Assembly: GCA_966193865.1 (NCBI GenBank)
Contig: CBIGXQ010000001.1
Coordinates: forward strand, 3,761 to 67,760
Length of the DNA stretch: 64,000 nt
Source: an uncultured Sphingosinicella sp.
Lineage (GTDB): Bacteria > Pseudomonadota > Alphaproteobacteria > Sphingomonadales > Sphingomonadaceae
Direction: 5' to 3'
Shown here: one piece after another, positions 29,142 to 41,712 of the stretch
How the letters are laid out: each line of letters begins with the position of its first letter
Position numbering within the stretch: the stretch's first letter is position 1
Position numbers and translations under genes: made by a program
Notes under the pieces: generated by a model
Told to the model about the DNA's origin: nothing
The model's input: only the letters and a program-made list of their open reading frames with translations
Database searches by the model: none

Positions 29142-30374
29142 CAAGGAGAGGGCGATGGGAAATCGATCCGGCAGCGCCGATCTCCCGCTACACGGCGGCC
29201 GCGTGCCCGCCTGGCTAGGGGAACGGATGACGAGGCTCGGAACGATCATCGCCGAGGCGATCATCCTCCATCACGGCCGCGACGATCTGCTTCGCCGGCT
29301 CGCCCATCCCTTCTGGTTCCAGTCGTTCGGCGCGGTGATGGGGATGGACTGGCATTTCTCGGGAATCACGACAAGCGTCATCGGCGCTCTCAAGCGCGGT
29401 CTCAATCCCCGCTCATCCGAGCTCGGAATCCATGTCTGCGGCGGACGCGGACGCCACAGCCGCAAGACTCCTGAAGAGCTTGTTACCGCTGGCGAGCGCG
29501 CCGGCTTCGACGGAGCGGCGCTTGGCGGAATCAGCCGGCTCGTCGCCAAGGTGGACAGCGCCGCCGTTCAGGACGGCTTCGATCTCTATCTCCACGGCTT
29601 CATCGTCACCGACGACGGCCGCTGGACGGTGGTCCAGCAGGGCATGAGCGACGGCCGCCGGACGGCGCGCCGTTATCACTGGCTTTCCGAGGGCCTGGAG
29701 AGCTTCGTCGATTCCCCCCACAGCGCCATCGAGGGGCGAAGCGGCGGCGAGATCGTCAACCTCGCCGATCGCCGGGCTGCAGGATCGCGTCAGGCCCAGC
29801 TCGCCCTGCTGAAATCGCTCGGCCCCGACGGCCTCGTCCGCGAGGCGGCGGCGCTGCGTCCTTCTGTCGCCACTGACCAGCCGCCTTTGCCCCACCTCCT
29901 CATGCCGAGCCGTCATGACGTCACTTCGGGGGACGTAGTCCTGCGCCGGCTCCACGCCAGCCTCGCGGCGGCCGACGAGGCCGGCCCAGCGGATTTCCCC
30001 GAGCTGCTCCAGGTCCCCGGAGTGGGCGCGAGGACGATCCGCTCGCTCGCGATGGTTGCCGAGATCGTCCATGGCGAACCTTGCCGATTCAGCGATCCTG
30101 CCCGCTACTCGCTCGCCCATGGCGGCAAGGACCGGCATCCCTTCCCGGTTCCGCTCAAGGTCTATGACAAGACGATCGGCGTCCTGAAATCGGCGGTCGA
30201 GCAGGCGAAGCTGGGCCGGGACGAGAAGATCGGCGCGATCCGGCGTCTCGATCAGCAGGCGCGCCGGCTCGAAGCCCATGTCGGCGGCCCGTCGCTCGAC
30301 GCCTTCATCGCCGAGGAGCGCGCTCGCTCGGGCGAATATGGCGGAATGAGCATCTTCGGGCCGGAGCCGCCCGC

Positions 30375-33029
<2,655 letters not shown>

Positions 33030-33137
33030 GGCGGCGATGTAAGCGAGCGACGCCAGTCGGGCAAGCAAGGCACGGCCCCCTGTTTCCGAGGGCCGAGGAT
33101 CGTTACAATGCGCCTATCTCGTGGAAAGGTGCTTTCA

Positions 33138-34157
33138 ATGAAGTTTCACCTGCCAGTCCTCGCGCTCATGCTCGCCATTCCTTCCATGCCTGCCTGCGGC
33201 CAGGGGACGATGGCGGCGAACGAAGGCGGCGAGGCCGCGACGGCGCCGACCGCCTCGGCTGCGAACGTGAAGGTCTACGAGGTTCCTGCAGGATCGCGGC
33301 CGCACGACGTCGCTCCGGCGCCGGACGGCAAGATCTGGTATACCGGCCAGCGGCGCGGCGTTCTCGGGATCCTCGACCCGGCCACCGGAGCGGTTCGCGA
33401 AGTCCCGCTCGGCGAGGGTTCGGCGCCGCACGGGGTGATCCAGGGGCCGGACGGCGCCGCCTGGATCACGGACAGCGGCCTCAACGCGATCGTCCGCTAC
33501 GATCCGGCGACGGATGGGGTGAGGACGTGGCCGCTGCCGCCCGAATTCACTGATTCCAACCTCAACACCGCGGCCTTCGATGGCGACGGACTGCTGTGGT
33601 TCACGGGCCAGACCGGGGTCTACGGCCGGCTCGACCCGCGAACGGGCGCGGTTCAGGTCTGGCGCGATCCGGAAGGGCGCGGACCCTATGGGATCGCCGC
33701 GACGCCGGCCGGCGACATTTATTATGTTTCCCTCGCGGGCAGCCATCTCGCCCGGGTGGACCGCTCGACCGGCGCTGCGACCATCATCGAGCCGCCGACG
33801 GCGCAGCAGGGCGCCCGGCGGGTATGGGCGGATGGAAGCGGCCGCCTGTGGATCTCGGAATGGAATGGCGGTCAGCTGAGCCGCTACGACCCGGCCAGCG
33901 GGGAATGGGAGAGCTGGCGCCCCGACGGCGAACGCCCGCGAGTCTATGCGGTCTATGTCGATGATAGGGACATCGTCTGGATCAGCGATTTCGGCGCCAA
34001 TGCGGTCCTGTCTTTCGACCCCGCGACCGAGCGGTGGACCCGCTATCCCGGCAGCGGCGACGATGCTCAGGTGAGACAGATCCTCGGAAGCCCGGGGCGA
34101 ATCTACCTTCCGGAATCGCGCCTCGACCGGATCATGGTGATCGATACCGACGGATGA
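33138..34157 (+). CDS. Virginiamycin B lyase (Vgb)-like beta-propeller, exported (possible lipoprotein)
   Basis: Repeated PHDV/PHGV/PYGI...DG.IW blades; N-terminal signal MKFHLPVLALMLAIPSMPAC; ATG 33138 after GAAAGG. Confidence 0.8.
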   Translation: MKFHLPVLALMLAIPSMPACGQGTMAANEGGEAATAPTASAANVKVYEVPAGSRPHDVAPAPDGKIWYTGQRRGVLGILDPATGAVREVPLGEGSAPHGVIQGPDGAAWITDSGLNAIVRYDPATDGVRTWPLPPEFTDSNLNTAAFDGDGLLWFTGQTGVYGRLDPRTGAVQVWRDPEGRGPYGIAATPAGDIYYVSLAGSHLARVDRSTGAATIIEPPTAQQGARRVWADGSGRLWISEWNGGQLSRYDPASGEWESWRPDGERPRVYAVYVDDRDIVWISDFGANAVLSFDPATERWTRYPGSGDDAQVRQILGSPGRIYLPESRLDRIMVIDTDG

Positions 34158-34558
34158 GGCTGCCGGCGTTCGCGATGCCGGCGTTCATTGCCGCCGGAGC
34201 GGCCTGCGGCACGCCGCCGCCGCCGCCGTCGCCCGACCTCGCCCGAGGCGAGATAGTGTACCGTCAATGCTTCGCCTGCCACGCGCTGCAACCAGGCGCG
34301 AACACGCCGGCCGGGCCGACCCTGGCGGGAATCGTCGGCCGGCGGATCGCGGCCGAGCCCGATTTCAACTATTCGCCCGCACTTCGCCGGCTCGCCGCGA
34401 CACGGCCGCAATGGAGCCCGGACCTGCTGGATCGATTTCTCCGCGATCCGGAGTCGGTCGCCCCCGGCACCGAAATGGGATTTACGGGCCTCGAGTCGGG
34501 CCAGGACCGAGCGGCGCTGATCGCCTGGCTCGCCCAGGCTTCAGGCCGCCGCCGCTGA
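34154..34558 (+). CDS. Class I cytochrome c (c2-like), probable lipoprotein
   Basis: CFACH heme motif, GPTLAGIVGR, FNYSPAL, PGTEM axial Met; signal ending AGAAC plus a Pro linker; ATGA overlap with the Vgb-like gene. Confidence 0.88.
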   Translation: MRLPAFAMPAFIAAGAACGTPPPPPSPDLARGEIVYRQCFACHALQPGANTPAGPTLAGIVGRRIAAEPDFNYSPALRRLAATRPQWSPDLLDRFLRDPESVAPGTEMGFTGLESGQDRAALIAWLAQASGRRR

Positions 34559-34690
34559 GAACCGTTCCGAAGCGTCGTCTCTCATACCCCCTTGAACTTC
34601 GCGGCATATGGGTGAAGGCTAGTAGTTTCCCACAGGGCGCGGCGCCGCGTCTTCTTCGCGGAGTGCCGCAGGCACACGAAGGAGACGTTC

Positions 34691-36715
34691 ATGCCCGGTA
34701 GAGCTGCAGGCACCAGGACCATCGCGCTCGTCGGGCCTGGCGGGGCGGGTAAAACCAGCCTTGCCGAGGCCCTTCTTTTTGCCGCCGGAGCCATCGGCCG
34801 GCAGGGATCCGTCGCCGACGGCAGCAGCGTCGGCGATTCCAGTCAGGAGGCCCGCGCTCGCGGCGGCTCGACCGAGCTCAACCTTCTCCACCTCGATTAT
34901 ATGGACGATCATTTCGCGCTGATCGATGCGCCGGGATCGGTGGGCTTCGCCGCCGATGGCGCGCTCGGCGCGGCCGCCGCCGATCTTGCGATCGTCGTCG
35001 TCGACCCCGAGCCGGACCGTGCGCTGCTCGCCGAGCCGACCCTTCGCCAGCTCGAAGCGCTTGGCATTCCTCACATGATCTTCGTCAACAAGATCGATCA
35101 TGCTCGCGGCTCGATCCAGTCGCTCCTGGAATCGCTTCAGCCGATGAGCGCGTCGCCGCTCATCGCCCGCTGGATCCCGATCCGCGAGGGCGAGAAGATA
35201 AATGGCTTCGTCGATATCGCCCTCGAGCGCGCTTATTATTACCGGCCGGGCCAGCCGTCCGAGCAGAAGGATATTCCGGGCGATCTCGCCGACCGGGAAG
35301 CGCTGGAACGCGCCCACATGCTCGAGCAGCTCGCCGATCATGACGACGTCCTTCTCGAGCAATTGCTGATGGACGAGGTGCCGGATCGGCAGACCGTGTT
35401 CGCCGATCTGTCGAAGGAAACCGGCGCCGCCCAGATCGTGCCCGTCCTGTTCGGCTCGGCGACGATGGACTTCGGGGTTCGCCGGCTGTTGAAGACTCTT
35501 CGCCACGAAGTTCCGGAACCCTCGGCGGCGGCCGAACGGCTCGGCGCTTCGAATGGCTGCGCCTTCGTCTTCAAGGTCTCCAACAGCGGCGCGATGGGCC
35601 GGCTCACTTTCGCCCGCGTTTTCGGCGGCGGCCTCAAGGAAGGCGCGGAACTCAAGGGTCCCGACGGAGACCCGATCCGGATCGGGACCTTGTTCGCCGT
35701 CCAGGGTGAAAGGACGGCGAAGCTGTCGGAGGCCAGGAATGGCGACGTCGTCGCCATCGCCAAGCTGGAGGGCGTCGGTGCAGGCCAGTGGCTTGCCTCC
35801 GGGAAAATGCCGCCCTCGCCGGAGCTTCCCGAGCCGACCCGCAATTATGCGCTGGCCATCGCCACCAAGGACCGGAAGGACGATGTCCGGCTGTCGACGG
35901 CGCTGCACAGGTTGACCGAAGAGGATCGCGCTCTTCTGTGGGAGCAGGACGAAGCTCTGCACGAAACCCGCTTGAAGGGAGTCAATGACGAGCATCTCAA
36001 GGTCACCCTCGAGCGGCTGAAGCGCCGCTACGGCGTGGCGGTGGATTCGCGGCCGCCGGCGATCGGCTACAAGGAGACGATCCGAAAGACCGTCACCCAG
36101 CGTGGGCGCCACAAGAAGCAGTCGGGCGGCCATGGCCAGTTCGGCGACACCGTGATCGAAGTGAAGCCGTTGCCGCGTGGCGAAGGCTTCAAGTTCCAGG
36201 AGAAGATCTCGGGCGGTGTCGTGCCGAAGCAATGGATCCCGGCGGTCGAGGCCGGAGTTCGCGATGCGATGGCGAAGGGGCCGCTCGGCTTCCCGGTCGT
36301 CGACGTCCAGGTGACACTGATCGACGGCTCCTATCACAGCGTCGACAGTTCCGAGATCGCGTTCCGGACGGCCGGCCGGATCGGCATGTCGGAGGCGCTC
36401 GCGGCGGCTTCGCCGCACCTTCTCGAGCCGGTGATGAAGGTGGTCGTCATCGCCCCCAGCGGGGCGACATCGCGGGTGACGTCGGCGATCGCCAGCCGGC
36501 GCGGGCAGATGCTCGGAATGGGGCCACGCGAAGGCTGGTCCCGCTGGGACCAGGTGGAGGCGCTGATCCCGGAAGCCGAGATGCAGGGCTTCGACGCCGA
36601 GCTCCGCTCGCTGAGCCAGGGCCTCGCCACCTATACCGCCGAGTTCGATCATCTCGCCGAGCTCAACGGCACCCTGGCCGAGAAGGTCGTTCAGCGGGAG
36701 CTCGAGCCGGCTTAG
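34691..36715 (+). CDS. Elongation factor G paralog (EF-G II type) with divergent GTPase motifs
   Basis: Five-domain EF-G layout (NKID, YKETI, KKQSGGHGQFG, DGSYHSVDSS, LLEP), but G1 GPGGAGKTS, G2 RGGST and G3 DAPGSVGF. Confidence 0.9.
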   Translation: MPGRAAGTRTIALVGPGGAGKTSLAEALLFAAGAIGRQGSVADGSSVGDSSQEARARGGSTELNLLHLDYMDDHFALIDAPGSVGFAADGALGAAAADLAIVVVDPEPDRALLAEPTLRQLEALGIPHMIFVNKIDHARGSIQSLLESLQPMSASPLIARWIPIREGEKINGFVDIALERAYYYRPGQPSEQKDIPGDLADREALERAHMLEQLADHDDVLLEQLLMDEVPDRQTVFADLSKETGAAQIVPVLFGSATMDFGVRRLLKTLRHEVPEPSAAAERLGASNGCAFVFKVSNSGAMGRLTFARVFGGGLKEGAELKGPDGDPIRIGTLFAVQGERTAKLSEARNGDVVAIAKLEGVGAGQWLASGKMPPSPELPEPTRNYALAIATKDRKDDVRLSTALHRLTEEDRALLWEQDEALHETRLKGVNDEHLKVTLERLKRRYGVAVDSRPPAIGYKETIRKTVTQRGRHKKQSGGHGQFGDTVIEVKPLPRGEGFKFQEKISGGVVPKQWIPAVEAGVRDAMAKGPLGFPVVDVQVTLIDGSYHSVDSSEIAFRTAGRIGMSEALAAASPHLLEPVMKVVVIAPSGATSRVTSAIASRRGQMLGMGPREGWSRWDQVEALIPEAEMQGFDAELRSLSQGLATYTAEFDHLAELNGTLAEKVVQRELEPA

Positions 36716-36760
36716 GGCCCGTTCCCCCCTATCCCGCTCTCCGGCCTTGGCCGGAGAGCT

Positions 36761-38098
36761 TTATGAGGGGTGGGCTTCGGCCGCCTCGGTGCCGACGGGC
36801 CTGCTTTCGAGCGAGGCACTGTCCGCCGGCTCCGCCGCGGAGATGACCTGGGCCGCGACGAGATCGCCGACGACGTTCAAGGTGGTCCGGCACATGTCGA
36901 GGAACCGGTCGACGCCGAGCACCAGGGCGATCGCCTCCGGCTGGATTCCGACCATCGCCAGGATCAGAGCGACGACCGGAAGCGAGCCTGCGGGGACGCC
37001 GGCCGTGCCGATCCCGCCGAGGATGCAGACCAGCATCACCGTCAGCTGCTGCCAAATGGTCAGGTCCAGGCCGAAGAACTGGGCCAGGAACAGGACGGTC
37101 ACGCCCTCGAACATGGCGGTGCCGTTCTGATTGGCGGTCGCTCCGACGGTGAGGACGAAGCGGGCGATCCGCGGCGGCAGGTGAAGCCGCTCGTCCGCGA
37201 CCCGAAGCGCGGTCGGCAGGGTCGCGTTGGACGAGGCGGTGGAGAAGGCCATCAGGCTCGCCTCCTGAGTCTCCCGGAAGAAGGTGATCGGGTTCTTCCG
37301 CCCGAGTGTGGCAAGCAAGGTCGGGAAGACGACGAACATCTGGATCGCCAGAGCGAGCAGGACGACTCCGACATAAGCGGAAAGTCGGACGAGCAGCTCC
37401 CAGCCGAACGCCGCCGCCAGGTTGAACATGAAACAGGCGACCGCGAGCGGCGCGAGCCGGATGACGATGAGGATCAGCCGCATCGTCACTTCGAACAGGC
37501 CTTCGAAGCCGCGCTTGAGGGCGCGCGCGTTGGGCGTGTCGGTGAGCAGGAGGCCGATCCCGAAGAAGAGAGCGAAGAACATGACCGACAGGATGGCGCT
37601 GTTGCTTCCCATCACGTCGACCAGGTTGTTCGGGATGATGTTGACGAAGGCGTCGATGCCGGTGGGCTGCTCGGCGCTCGTCTGGACGATCTCGCCGGCC
37701 CGGCCGGACGATTCCGCGAGCAGGGAGGCGGCGACCTCGCGATCGACCCCGGCTCCCGGCTGGAGAAGATTGACGAGGATGAGACTCACCGCCACCGCGA
37801 TCGAGGAGACGATGACCGTATAGGCAAGGGTCCGAAGTCCGACCCGCTTCAGCGAACGAATCTCCCCCATCTCCGAAATGCCGACGACGAGCGCCGAAAA
37901 GAGCAAGGGAATCACGAGCATGAAGAGCAGGCGAAGGAAGACCTGCCCGATCGGCTCGGTGACCCAGTTCATGAAGGATTCCACCCATGGGGCGTCCGGC
38001 TGGGTGGTGTAGACGAAGAGTCCGCCGACGAGACCGACGACGAAGCCGATCCCCATTTTCACGTGCAAGGGCATGCTCTGCGCCTTGGTGCTTTCCAT
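36761..38098 (-). CDS. Dicarboxylate/amino acid:cation symporter (GltP/DctA family)
   Basis: FSTASSNATLP, GATANQNGTA, GTAGVP and DRFLDMCRT motifs; ATG 38098. Confidence 0.92.
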   Translation of the reverse strand: MESTKAQSMPLHVKMGIGFVVGLVGGLFVYTTQPDAPWVESFMNWVTEPIGQVFLRLLFMLVIPLLFSALVVGISEMGEIRSLKRVGLRTLAYTVIVSSIAVAVSLILVNLLQPGAGVDREVAASLLAESSGRAGEIVQTSAEQPTGIDAFVNIIPNNLVDVMGSNSAILSVMFFALFFGIGLLLTDTPNARALKRGFEGLFEVTMRLILIVIRLAPLAVACFMFNLAAAFGWELLVRLSAYVGVVLLALAIQMFVVFPTLLATLGRKNPITFFRETQEASLMAFSTASSNATLPTALRVADERLHLPPRIARFVLTVGATANQNGTAMFEGVTVLFLAQFFGLDLTIWQQLTVMLVCILGGIGTAGVPAGSLPVVALILAMVGIQPEAIALVLGVDRFLDMCRTTLNVVGDLVAAQVISAAEPADSASLESRPVGTEAAEAHPS

Positions 38099-38205
38099 GT
38101 ATGAGCCCCTCTTTTTCCTGGCCGGCATCCGGGCTTCGACACGGCCAAAAGTCAACAGCGGATTTGCCGGCGGCCTGCTAGCATGGCCCGGCGGAGGAGA
38201 AGGAA

Positions 38206-38859
38206 ATGCTGGAACTCGGCGGAATCGCGCTGCTGCCGGAATGGCCGGTTTTCGTGAGTTTCGCCGTCGCCGGTCTCGCCCTCAACATCGTTCCGGGCGC
38301 GGACATGACCTTCGTGATCGCCAGCTCCGCACGCGGCGGCCGTCGTGAAGGAATCATCGCGGCGCTCGGAATCGGCGCCGGCGCGCTGGTCCATGTCGTT
38401 GCCGCGACGCTCGGCATCTCGGCCGTCCTCGAATCGTCGCAGGCCGCCTTCGATCTGATCAAATGGCTCGGCGCGGCCTATCTGCTGTGGATCGCTTTTT
38501 CCCTGCTTCGGCCTCGCGAAGCGGCCGCCGGGACCGGCGTTCGCCCCTCGGGCGTCGGCTGGCGGCTGTTCCGGGCGGCGATGATGGTCAACATCCTCAA
38601 TCCGAAGGTCGCTCTCTTCTTCCTCGCCTTCCTGCCCCAGTTCGTCGATCCCGATGCGGCCGTGCCTGCACTTCAGATCCTCTTCCTCGGCCTGTGGTTC
38701 GACCTGGTCGGCACTCTGGTGAACATCATCGTCGCATTGACCGCGGCGGGCATGGCTGCCCGGATCGGCCGTCACCGGCTGGCAGGACGAATCGCCCGGT
38801 GGGTCGCGGCGACGGCGATCGCCGGTCTCGCGGTCCAGCTCGCCTTGAGCCGCCGCTAG
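38206..38859 (+). CDS. LysE/RhtB family amino acid exporter
   Basis: PGADM, KWLGAAYL and NILNPKVALFFLAFLPQF motifs; SD GGAGGAG. Confidence 0.9.
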   Translation: MLELGGIALLPEWPVFVSFAVAGLALNIVPGADMTFVIASSARGGRREGIIAALGIGAGALVHVVAATLGISAVLESSQAAFDLIKWLGAAYLLWIAFSLLRPREAAAGTGVRPSGVGWRLFRAAMMVNILNPKVALFFLAFLPQFVDPDAAVPALQILFLGLWFDLVGTLVNIIVALTAAGMAARIGRHRLAGRIARWVAATAIAGLAVQLALSRR

Positions 38860-39479
38860 GCATAAGCATAAGGTCCGCCCTTGCGAAGCGCGGCGGCATA
38901 AGCGGGCCGGGCGTGGAGGCGCTCGAGCCAGTCGATCAGGTTCGGCCGTTCGGCGCCCAGTCCGGCGCGGCCGCGGGCGACCTCGAGCGGGAAGCTCATC
39001 ATGATGTCGGCAGCGCTGAACTCCTCGCCCGCGAACCAGTCGCGTCCGGAAAGCTCGCTCTCCAGCCAGTCGAGGTGACGAGCCGCCATCTTCAGCAGGG
39101 TCGGCCGCGCCGGACGGCCGAGGATCCCCAGCCGTCGAACGATCAGGAGACCGAACAGGACGGGCATGAGCGAGCCTTCGGCATAATGAAGGAATTGGCG
39201 GTAGCGAAGCACCGACTCCCGCCTGGCCGGAGGGCCAAGTCGTCCTCCCTCCCTTTCCACCAGATATTCGACGATCGCTCCCGTCTCGGCGAGAATGTGA
39301 GCCCCGTCCTCGATCACCGGCGATTTGCCGAGCGGGTGGATCCTGGCCAGCTCCGGCGGCGCGAGCATCGTCTTGGGATCGCGCGAATAGCGGCGCACCT
39401 CATAGTCCAGGCCGAGCTCCTCGAGCAGCCAAAGGATCCGCTGCGAACGTGAATTTTCGAGGTGATGGACGACGATCAT
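38856..39479 (-). CDS. Glutathione S-transferase (GTT1-like)
   Basis: HHLENSRSQRILWLLEEL, HPLGKSP, ETGAI and FSAADIMM motifs. Confidence 0.92.
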   Translation of the reverse strand: MIVVHHLENSRSQRILWLLEELGLDYEVRRYSRDPKTMLAPPELARIHPLGKSPVIEDGAHILAETGAIVEYLVEREGGRLGPPARRESVLRYRQFLHYAEGSLMPVLFGLLIVRRLGILGRPARPTLLKMAARHLDWLESELSGRDWFAGEEFSAADIMMSFPLEVARGRAGLGAERPNLIDWLERLHARPAYAAALRKGGPYAYA

Positions 39480-40291
39480 GGCAATGGCTCCTTCGACAGG
39501 ACCGCAAGCTCCTTGATCAGCTTGGCAGCCAGGATGGCCGTGACTCCGTTCAGGTCGCGGCCCGGATTGAGCTCGACGATGTCGGCGCCGACTATCGGCG
39601 TCCGGATTCGCTGGATCACCGACAGGAATTCCCGGACCGTCGGGCCGCCCGGCTCAGGATGCGAGACACCCGGCGCGAAAGCGGGATCGAAGCCGTCCAT
39701 GTCGATGCTGACGTAGAGCGGCGGATCCGGGATAGGAACCTGGCCGGGCGCGAAGCCGCGCATCTCGACGATCTCGACTCCGTAACGCTTCGCCTGCTCG
39801 CGGCAATGCCGGTTGAGGGTTCGGATACCGAACTGGACGAGCCGGCGGGCATGGCCGCCTTCCATGATCCGGGCGAACGGCGAGGCATGTGAAAACGGGT
39901 CGCCCTCGAAATCCTCGTACAGGTCCGGATGGGCGTCGAAATGAAGGATGTTCAACGGCCCGTGGACCTCGGCCAAGGCGGCGACGCAGGGGAAGCTCAC
40001 CATATGGTCCCCGCCCAGACAGATCGGCACCGCCCCCGCCTGGGCGGCTTCGCCGACCGCCCGTCGGATCAGCGCCGGATCCGCCGCCGATTCGGTCAAT
40101 GGAAGATCGCCGACGTCCTCGATCAGGATATCGGTGCCGAGCTCGAGGCCGTTCTCGGCAGCGTCTTTGCCTGGGTCCGAGCGCAGAGCGGCGCGGATGG
40201 CGGCAGGGGCGCCGGCGGCGCCGCGAAGGAAGGAGGAATGACAGTCGGTGGGGAGACCGATCAGCCGGACGACCGGTTTGGCGACACTCAT
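39476..40291 (-). CDS. Ureohydrolase (agmatinase / plant-type arginase-like)
   Basis: Mn-binding motifs GGDH, DAHPD, SHAS, SIDMDGFDP and VELNP; ATG 40291; ATGA coupling to the GST gene. Confidence 0.88.
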   Translation of the reverse strand: MSVAKPVVRLIGLPTDCHSSFLRGAAGAPAAIRAALRSDPGKDAAENGLELGTDILIEDVGDLPLTESAADPALIRRAVGEAAQAGAVPICLGGDHMVSFPCVAALAEVHGPLNILHFDAHPDLYEDFEGDPFSHASPFARIMEGGHARRLVQFGIRTLNRHCREQAKRYGVEIVEMRGFAPGQVPIPDPPLYVSIDMDGFDPAFAPGVSHPEPGGPTVREFLSVIQRIRTPIVGADIVELNPGRDLNGVTAILAAKLIKELAVLSKEPLP

Positions 40292-40385
40292 CGAGCCTTC
40301 CCTTCCCCTGTTTCGCATTGCATGGGCACTTGTCTCGCCGCTGCCTGTTGCACTGGCAAGAGCGACACTTGAGCCAGGTCTTCGA

Positions 40386-41663
40386 ATGATGAACCCCCGC
40401 CCGACCGAGCCTGCCACGAGTCTGAAGCGTCCAGCCTTCGGCGAGTTCGTCGTGATGATGGCCGCGCTGATGGCCTCGAACGCGCTCGCGATCGACGCCA
40501 TGCTCCCGGCCCTTCCGGCCATCGGCGAGGCGCTCGACGTCGACGAGGATAATCGCCGCCAGCTCGTCATCGCCGTCTATCTGCTGGGCTTCGGAGTCTC
40601 GCAGCTCTTCTACGGTCCTCTGTCGGACCGGCTCGGACGGAAATGGCTGCTGGTCGGGGGGCTCTTCGCCTACGCCTTGTTCGCCCTGATGGCGGGACTG
40701 GCGGGGAGTTTCGAGCTGCTGCTGGCGGCGCGCACTCTTCAAGGCGTCGCGGCGGGGGCGACGCGGGTGCTGGTCGTATCGATCGTCCGCGACTGCTACC
40801 ATGGCTCGGCCATGGCGCGGGTCATGTCGATGACCATGATCGTCTTCATGATCGTCCCGGTCCTCGCCCCCGCCTTCGGCCAGGCGGTTCTGGCGGTCTC
40901 GACCTGGCGCCACATCTTCATCGGACTCGGCGTCTACGGGGCGGTGCTCACCGTGTGGATGGCGATCCGGCTTCCGGAGACCCTCGCTCCGGAAAACAAG
41001 CGAAGCCTCTCGGTCAGGCACATCGCCGCCGCGGCGATGACGACGTTGAGGATCAGGCAGTCGATCGGCAACACCATGGCCCTGACGCTGCTGATGGGGG
41101 CGCTGTTCGCTTTCATCTCCTCCATCCAGCAGATCGTGTTCGACGTCTTCGGCCGCCCCGAGGCGCTCGCTTTGGTCTTCGCCATGATCGCGGGGCCGAT
41201 GGCCCTCAGCTCCTACGCCAATTCGCGGTTGGTGATGCGGCTCGGCGCGCGGCGAATTCTCCTGTTCGCGCTGAGCGCCTTCACTTCAGTCTCGGTCGCC
41301 CACCTGATCCTTGCCTCGACCGTCGGCGAAGGCCTTTGGGCCTTCGTCGCGATGCAGGCGATGACGATGATCTTCTTCGGAATGATCGGCGCCAATGCCG
41401 GGGCTCTGGCCATGGAGCCTCTCGGACATGTTGCGGGCACCGCTTCGTCGCTTCAGGGGGTGATCACTTCGGTCGGCGGAGCGCTGATCGGTTTCCTGAT
41501 CGGCCAGCAGTTCGACGGGTCCATCATCCCCTTCCTGATCGGCTTTTCGGCCTGCGGCCTGGGCGCCCTGGCGACGGCGGTCTGGGCCAACCGGACTCCC
41601 TGCCACGATTCGCACGACGTGGCGGAGATCGAGGTTCAGGAAACGGCGACCCGCCCCGCCTGA
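40386..41663 (+). CDS. Bcr/CflA family MFS multidrug efflux transporter
   Basis: AIDAMLPALP, QLFYGPLSDRLGRK, VRD, WRHIF and LPET motifs; about 12 TM segments. Confidence 0.9.
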   Translation: MMNPRPTEPATSLKRPAFGEFVVMMAALMASNALAIDAMLPALPAIGEALDVDEDNRRQLVIAVYLLGFGVSQLFYGPLSDRLGRKWLLVGGLFAYALFALMAGLAGSFELLLAARTLQGVAAGATRVLVVSIVRDCYHGSAMARVMSMTMIVFMIVPVLAPAFGQAVLAVSTWRHIFIGLGVYGAVLTVWMAIRLPETLAPENKRSLSVRHIAAAAMTTLRIRQSIGNTMALTLLMGALFAFISSIQQIVFDVFGRPEALALVFAMIAGPMALSSYANSRLVMRLGARRILLFALSAFTSVSVAHLILASTVGEGLWAFVAMQAMTMIFFGMIGANAGALAMEPLGHVAGTASSLQGVITSVGGALIGFLIGQQFDGSIIPFLIGFSACGLGALATAVWANRTPCHDSHDVAEIEVQETATRPA

Positions 41664-41712
41664 GGCGGAGCGGGCGCGGAAAGATCAGCCGGAACAGCCG
41701 GTCAGGCGATTG

